Positions 7,857 through 12,243 of a DNA stretch of 12,243 bases are shown one piece after another. This stretch comes from Candidatus Thorarchaeota archaeon (GTDB taxonomy: Archaea; Asgardarchaeota; Thorarchaeia; Thorarchaeales; Thorarchaeaceae), in the NCBI GenBank assembly GCA_048882325.1, contig JBHLRS010000060.1:3790-16032 (forward strand), read 5' to 3'. How positions within the stretch are numbered: position 1 is the stretch's first letter; every line of letters begins with the position of its first letter. The notes below the pieces were generated by a model, which saw only the letters and a list, made by a program, of their open reading frames with translations, had not been told where the DNA came from and ran no database searches. The position numbers and the translations under genes were made by a program.

Positions 7857-7994
7857 ATGAGTACACGTTCTTATGACCACTGTTCGTGTGGCCACATTCG
7901 TGAACGCCATGACAATTTCGATGGCGAATGCGAAAAATGTAGTTGTGATGTGTTTCGCAGAAGCATACGAATAAAGAATTATCTACCAGATTGA
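7857..7994 (+). CDS. 45-aa Cys/His-rich putative zinc-binding microprotein (copy 2)
   Basis: MSTRSYDHCSCGHIRERHDNFDGECEKCSCDVFRRSIRIKNYLPD*, with SD GAGGTGAAAAT-ATG. It is a paralog of 6352-6489. Confidence 0.85.
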   Translation: MSTRSYDHCSCGHIRERHDNFDGECEKCSCDVFRRSIRIKNYLPD

Positions 7995-8028
7995 ATTATC
8001 CACAAACCAACCCAAAAAACCAAGGACA

Positions 8029-8058
8029 GTCGGGACAGCTGAATTTGACCCGGCAATC
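8029..8058 (-). repeat. Degenerate direct copy of the tRNA-Tyr 3' end (T-arm and acceptor strand); att-like remnant
   Basis: gtcgggacagctgaatttgacccggcaatc versus gtcgggacggccggatttgaaccggcaacc (9347-9376): 25/30 identical, ungapped, same orientation. Confidence 0.7.
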
Positions 8059-8090
8059 AATTTCATTCAATAAAAGTGCAAGAGCCTTCT

Positions 8091-8098
8091 TTTATAAG
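8091..8098 (+). promoter_or_regulatory. Putative TATA box upstream of tfb
   Basis: TTTATAAG preceded by purine-rich GCAAGAG, about 250 nt upstream of the tfb ATG. Confidence 0.4.
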
Positions 8099-8346
8099 GA
8101 TAATATTGTATGGAAAAGTGATTGAGAGATAAAGTAGAGAATATCTTCGGTTATTTCTTGTAGTGATCAATTAAGTTGCTGTTGCGTTAAATGATGCAAC
8201 AGACGGGGTTATTCTGTAAAGAACCGAAATGTCCCGCTTTTCCACTTGACCCCAATCAAAGCTGGTGAAAATGAGAGAAGGAATTACTAGACAATGGAAA
8301 TGTAATTGGAGAGAGTAGAAAAGAGATCACTAGGAGGAAGAGAGAT

Positions 8347-9297
8347 ATGACGAATGTCGTTAGAGCTAGAAAAAAAACTGCAAACAAACGAAGAGTTTGT
8401 GTGAACTGCGGAGAAACTTCGTTCACAGAAGATTATGTCCGGGGAGAGAGTACCTGTACTTCATGTGGACTTGTTGTATCAGAGCGTACTACTGATCAAG
8501 GACCAGAATGGAGAGCATTCACCATGGAAGAAAGGAATGCAAGAGCTAGAACAGGTGCACCAATGACTCTCACTATGGCTGATAGGGGTCTTTCAACAAT
8601 GATTGATTGGCGAAATAAGGATGCAAGCGGTAAGGCAATTACAAGCAACGCACGTGCAGCCATCTATAGAATGCGAAAATGGCATATTAGAAGTAGGCTC
8701 CATAGCTCTCAGCACAGGAATCTTAGTATTGCGATGAGCGAGATGGAAAGACTCTCCTCACAACTTGGAGTCCCGAGGGATGTCAGAGAAACTGCAGCTT
8801 TGATGTACAGAAAAGCTCTATCAAAGAGACTTGTGAGAGGAAGAAGTATTGAATCAGTTGTTGCCGCATCCGTCTACCTTGCTTGTCGGATTCATAGGAT
8901 TCCGAGAAGACTCGATGAGATTGTAACTGAATCTAATGTAGATAGGAAGAAGATAGGTCATGCAGTTCGTTTGATTGTTTCTCGAGTCAATATCGATGTG
9001 CCTTTAGCTTCTGCAAAGGACCTAATACCTAGACTGTCATCAGACCTTCATCTTGAAGGCAGAACTGTGAAGAAAGCTACTGAAATAATCAAGAACGCTG
9101 AAGAAAGATTCGTTACAATTGGGAAAGACCCTGGAGGAATCGCGGGAGCTGCACTCTACATAGCTGGAATAATAGAAGAAGACAGGCGTACTCAGAGGGA
9201 GATAGCCCATGTTTCTCGAGTCACAGAAGTGACAATTCGTAATCGTTACAAGGAACTAGTTCGCGTTCTCGGAATCTCAATCAATGTCAATTCCTAG
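8347..9297 (+). CDS. tfb: Transcription initiation factor IIB (archaeal TFB)
   Basis: Zn ribbon CVNC...CTSCG, B-reader DQGPEWRAF, two cyclin repeats (RGRSIESVVAAS, GKDPGGIAGAALYIA) and C-terminal HTH TQREIAHVSRVTEVTIRNRYKEL. GGAGG SD upstream. Confidence 0.97.
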   Translation: MTNVVRARKKTANKRRVCVNCGETSFTEDYVRGESTCTSCGLVVSERTTDQGPEWRAFTMEERNARARTGAPMTLTMADRGLSTMIDWRNKDASGKAITSNARAAIYRMRKWHIRSRLHSSQHRNLSIAMSEMERLSSQLGVPRDVRETAALMYRKALSKRLVRGRSIESVVAASVYLACRIHRIPRRLDEIVTESNVDRKKIGHAVRLIVSRVNIDVPLASAKDLIPRLSSDLHLEGRTVKKATEIIKNAEERFVTIGKDPGGIAGAALYIAGIIEEDRRTQREIAHVSRVTEVTIRNRYKELVRVLGISINVNS

Positions 9298-9344
9298 TTT
9301 AGATGATCTATGATTTGATAGACCTAAGACGATTGGAAAAGCAA

Positions 9345-9482
9345 TGGTCGGGACGGCCGGATTTGAACCGGCAACCGATGGATCTCTCCAGACAACGACC
9401 GAAGCGGTTGCCCACTACAGTCCATTGCTCTGCCAGATTTCCCAGAGATCGTCGAAACGACACTCTTTTGAGCTACGTCCCG
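9345..9482 (-). tRNA. tRNA-Tyr(GUA) with two introns (about 9438-9467 in the D-loop; 9384-9414 at 37/38) and encoded CCA
   Basis: Spliced form CGGGACG TA GCTC AATCTGGCA GAGC A ATGGA CTGTAGA TCCAT CGGTT GCCGG TTCAAAT CCGGC CGTCCCG A CCA is 77 nt with all stems paired. C1:G72 and A73 are Tyr identity elements. The anticodon is at 9418-9416. Confidence 0.95.
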
Positions 9483-9509
9483 ATTCCGGCTTGGTGTCTT
9501 TAGCATCTC

Positions 9510-9517
9510 GTTAAAAG
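9510..9517 (-). promoter_or_regulatory. Putative TATA box of tRNA-Tyr
   Basis: Minus-strand CTTTTAAC about 30 nt upstream of the mature 5' end. Confidence 0.45.
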
Positions 9518-9577
9518 GATTGCTGATTGGTAATATTGTGTTTTAGATAATTCAAACAGTTTACATGAAATCGATTC

Positions 9578-10402
9578 TCAACTACCTCCTAGGTCAACAC
9601 GGACAGCTTGTTTTGATGGTTTCATTCTTTTCCCATCCAATACCAAGTCACACAATCTGGAGTTGTAGTGAACATGAAAGTTTAGTAGATGAAACCGAAT
9701 GAGCTGTTTTAATTCGATTGAAGATAGCGGATATATTCTTTTCACGATGAATTCAGTACAAAATCGCATCAATTGCAAACGAAACAGGTTGAATGTTTCA
9801 TTTACTTTTTCCGCTACCTTAATTCTCACAGCTTCATTCTTTTCGATTTTGACTTGATTTTGTACAAAGATACCATCCTCAACAATACGACTCGCTATTT
9901 CCGCTATCAAGAATAAATCGTTTACAAATTCGATTTCAAACAAATCCCAAAATCTGTCAACCAATTGACCAAGTAACCTTATTGCAGACTGAGTAGTAAT
10001 AGCTATATGTAGAAGATATCTATCTAGAGGATAGTTAGTAGAGGGTGTCACAATCCCCTTAGCTCGGAGTTGTAAATCCTCTTCCTCTGTTAATGGCGTT
10101 TCTGTTTCATTGTTTCGAGCTAGTGAAATGTACAAATCACGATTTAATACAGTGAATAATCTTCGGAGAGCGATCTGTTGTCTTGGTTCTAAGCGTTTGT
10201 TCCTATTCAGATTAATAAGCCAATCAAGAAATAGACTGATTCCAAATACCTCAAGAAAGATGCTCATTAGTATAATCATCCAATCAATAACAAACTGATA
10301 ACCTGGTGTGACCAATCCCTTAATCCAAATCAGCGTAAGGATTGTGATGCTGCAAAACAGAACAGTAGAAACAATTGCAATAGCTCGTGTTGTTCGTTTC
10401 AT
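9578..10402 (-). CDS. Hypothetical protein with two N-terminal TM helices and a helical soluble domain
   Basis: 274-aa ORF with SD GGAGA upstream and two hydrophobic segments within residues 8-62. No family recognised. Confidence 0.75.
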   Translation of the reverse strand: MKRTTRAIAIVSTVLFCSITILTLIWIKGLVTPGYQFVIDWMIILMSIFLEVFGISLFLDWLINLNRNKRLEPRQQIALRRLFTVLNRDLYISLARNNETETPLTEEEDLQLRAKGIVTPSTNYPLDRYLLHIAITTQSAIRLLGQLVDRFWDLFEIEFVNDLFLIAEIASRIVEDGIFVQNQVKIEKNEAVRIKVAEKVNETFNLFRLQLMRFCTEFIVKRIYPLSSIELKQLIRFHLLNFHVHYNSRLCDLVLDGKRMKPSKQAVRVDLGGS

Positions 10403-10433
10403 TATTTATTCTCCAACAAGTCGTAATTACATT

Positions 10434-10787
10434 TTATGTTGAAAACATTCCACCTATGAAGCCAATGAATTCAGCTCCAAATGTTGCATAGAATAACTGT
10501 TCCATTGCTATCATTGGGAGTGAAAAAATCGTAATTACTGGGATTCCGATACCAAGAATAGGCAGTAGGTATCTTAAGCAAAACGCTTCATCTCTTGAAA
10601 CAAATTGACCACTCCATCCATAATGATATCGCCCAGTTGAATCCTTCACATAGACAACCCCTAAGAAGATACCAAGGAATCCATTAATCGTGATAGAACT
10701 GCCTAAAGGCGGGTAGATTGATGCCATCCAGAATAGAATACATATGGAGGCGACAAGTTTGATCGATTTGATCAACATCTTAAGCAT
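10434..10787 (-). CDS. Hypothetical membrane protein (about 4 TM helices)
   Basis: 117-aa hydrophobic ORF with a strong SD, GAGGTGATGTAGA-ATG. Confidence 0.7.
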   Translation of the reverse strand: MLKMLIKSIKLVASICILFWMASIYPPLGSSITINGFLGIFLGVVYVKDSTGRYHYGWSGQFVSRDEAFCLRYLLPILGIGIPVITIFSLPMIAMEQLFYATFGAEFIGFIGGMFST

Positions 10788-10798
10788 TCTACATCACC

Positions 10799-11443
10799 TC
10801 AGATGATATCCAGGGATCCTAGAAACTCGTTACTTTCGTCAACAATGGTCTGAATTCCCTCACGGACCAATTCAAAGAGATTCCTCAACCAGTCTTCAAT
10901 GAAGTCACCAGAAATCACTAATTTCCATCCTAGTATTAAGTCAATGTTGGTGACTCCAAGATTGTTCAGAGCTGTCTTCAGACCGGTAGGTAGTAAGTTT
11001 ACGTCGGAAGAAACAACAACATCGGTAACTATGCCATCGATTCCGAAGAAAGTAAGGTATATTGGTAGACTTCCTCCTATCATAATTGTAAATGAAACGG
11101 ACCAGTGACCGTCTTCTTCGATAGTTAACCAAGAACTTGATTGAGTTGCACTATTCAGGTATTCTTTGATAGTGGATTCAATGCTGTTGGATGTAATCGC
11201 GTTGACTGTAACTGTATTGTCATGCCAGTCTATTTCTTCAGTGGTATGGTCTTGAGAGATGGCTTTAGATAACCAACGATATTTGAGAGTTGTACTTCCA
11301 ACAGTGGTACCGTCATATTCTGCTTTAAGAGTAAGTTCCAGATCAACAGGCGCTCCACTCTCATTCAGTGTGTTGATAGTCACTATTCCAAGAATACAGA
11401 TTGTAAGTATCAATACGATGATAGCGGCGGGGGACCTTCCCAT
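10799..11443 (-). CDS. Hypothetical membrane-anchored/secreted protein
   Basis: 214 aa with an N-terminal hydrophobic helix followed by a Thr/Ser-rich, beta-like region. SD GGGAGTG upstream. Confidence 0.75.
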   Translation of the reverse strand: MGRSPAAIIVLILTICILGIVTINTLNESGAPVDLELTLKAEYDGTTVGSTTLKYRWLSKAISQDHTTEEIDWHDNTVTVNAITSNSIESTIKEYLNSATQSSSWLTIEEDGHWSVSFTIMIGGSLPIYLTFFGIDGIVTDVVVSSDVNLLPTGLKTALNNLGVTNIDLILGWKLVISGDFIEDWLRNLFELVREGIQTIVDESNEFLGSLDII

Positions 11444-11568
11444 TATTTTTCACTCCCTTAATGCTGCTCTATTATATCAAGAACTACATCACAAGGCACC
11501 AAGTCTGGACCTATTCTGCAGATAGCACACAGGCAATATGTGCTATATCAGACATATATACACTTTAC

Positions 11569-11577
11569 TTATATATA
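11569..11577 (+). promoter_or_regulatory. Putative TATA box of the AbrB-type gene (leaderless)
   Basis: TTATATATA about 23-31 nt upstream of ATG 11600. Confidence 0.4.
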
Positions 11578-11599
11578 GCTTCTTCCTTGAAGATTGGAT

Positions 11600-11821
11600 A
11601 TGCCGGATGATGTGATTGAAATCAGAAACATTACGAAAAGAGGAGGAAGTTTAGCTTTGAACATACCTTCTGTGGTAGCTAAACAGATGAACCTGACTGC
11701 AGGCTGTTCTGTTGTTTTTCAATATGAAATAGAAAATAATCGTATTGTAATTGAAAAGGTCGAGTCCATAAATACCGAGAAAGGCCGGAAAATCGAACTT
11801 CCCAATTCTGGTTGTGACTAG
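11600..11821 (+). CDS. AbrB/MazE/SpoVT-family DNA-binding protein
   Basis: RNITKRGGSLALNIPSVVAKQMNLTAGCSVVF...RIVIEKV fits the swapped-hairpin pattern. Start is ATG 11600 (alternatively TTG 11594). Confidence 0.85.
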   Translation: MPDDVIEIRNITKRGGSLALNIPSVVAKQMNLTAGCSVVFQYEIENNRIVIEKVESINTEKGRKIELPNSGCD

Positions 11822-11828
11822 ATTCATC

Positions 11829-11844
11829 GAGTGATAAATCACTC
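11829..11844. repeat. Palindrome/hairpin GAGTGAT-AA-ATCACTC between convergent ORFs
   Basis: Perfect 7-bp arms with a 2-nt spacer, immediately next to the tRNA-Tyr fragment. Confidence 0.55.
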
Positions 11845-11989
11845 AAGAGCAATGGACTGTAGTTGACCTGTTTCTCCCAAGTGAGTGAACATCAACAAGA
11901 AACTTCTGTGTTTCACCACTCCTCAACCGAATGTCACCATTAAACTCTAGCGTCACCCAGAGATAAGTTGAGGCATTGTCTGCAATCAT
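11843..11989 (-). CDS. Possible 48-aa hypothetical protein whose last codons are the antisense of the tRNA-Tyr fragment
   Basis: MIADNASTYLWVTLEFNGDIRLRSGETQKFLVDVHSLGRNRSTTVHCS*, with GGAGG upstream. Its start overlaps an upstream stop (ATGA). Confidence 0.4.
   Translation of the reverse strand: MIADNASTYLWVTLEFNGDIRLRSGETQKFLVDVHSLGRNRSTTVHCS
11846..11863 (+). repeat. Exact 18-bp inverted copy of the tRNA-Tyr D-stem/anticodon segment
   Basis: agagcaatggactgtagt is the exact reverse complement of 9414-9431 (actacagtccattgctct). Confidence 0.85.
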
Positions 11990-12169
11990 CGAGATACAAC
12001 TCCTCCTGCAGACCTGGCTTCTTCATCCTGTTTCACGACTGACACATCACTGTCAGCAACAGAGATTGTTTCCACAGTTTTTTCCACAGCGCGGTCATCT
12101 TCACCCTTCTCAGATTCATCGCTGAAGTTGAGAAGATCTATCTGGACATGGTGAGAAGCTGCGGACTCT

Positions 12170-12241
12170 CTAGACTACGCGCCCAATGAGTACACTCGTT
12201 TCCATTTTCCTCTTAAGCACTTCTGTATTGAACATTGAATC
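12170..12241 (-). CDS. Possible 3' end of a gene entering from beyond the window
   Basis: The frame is open from the window edge (...DSMFNTEVLKRKMETSVLIGRVV*). It is too short to assign. Confidence 0.25.
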   Translation of the reverse strand, partial: DSMFNTEVLKRKMETSVLIGRVV

Positions 12242-12243
12242 AT

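Noticed and set aside
9303-9506. ORFs 9303-9503 (+) and 9324-9506 (-)
   Set aside because: Both are shadows of the intron-containing tRNA-Tyr gene.
10110-11842. ORFs 10110-10298, 10899-11108, 10941-11132, 11259-11525, 11651-11842
   Set aside because: They are antisense shadows of longer ORFs that have SD or motif support.
11812-11939. Possible complete tRNA-like fold around the 18-bp fragment (TTGTGAC...GTCACCA ends)
   Set aside because: There is no convincing D-stem, no TCCAT anticodon-stem partner and no TTC T-loop, so it cannot be called a tRNA gene.
1-12243. CRISPR array, IS element, integrase or toxin partner for the AbrB gene
   Set aside because: No regularly spaced repeats and no transposase, recombinase, PIN or MazF motifs were seen within the window.

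Overview
Archaeal DNA, based on a TFB gene, a tRNA-Tyr with C1:G72/A73 and BHB-type introns, GGTG/GAGGTG Shine-Dalgarno motifs and TATA-like boxes. An Asgard-like (e.g. Thorarchaeota) origin is only an impression and was not tested. Left part (1-5500): a 5'-truncated Cys-rich DUF6144-like protein, a nitroreductase, membrane proteins including a DUF998-like one, a CxxC-less TrxR-fold ferredoxin-NADP reductase, a KamA-family radical SAM enzyme preceded by an unannotated 50-aa ORF and a structured leader, and a small HTH protein. Middle (5600-8000): a triple-BON protein and an HExxH metalloprotease lying between two unannotated paralogous 45-aa Cys/His microproteins. Right part: tfb, a tRNA-Tyr(GUA) with two introns (D-loop and 37/38), an operon of three orphan membrane proteins and an AbrB-type gene. 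The tRNA-Tyr sequence recurs twice. A degenerate direct copy of its 3' end at 8029-8058 brackets tfb like an old att site. An exact 18-bp inverted copy of its middle exon lies at 11846-11863. No integrase, transposase or CRISPR array is visible.
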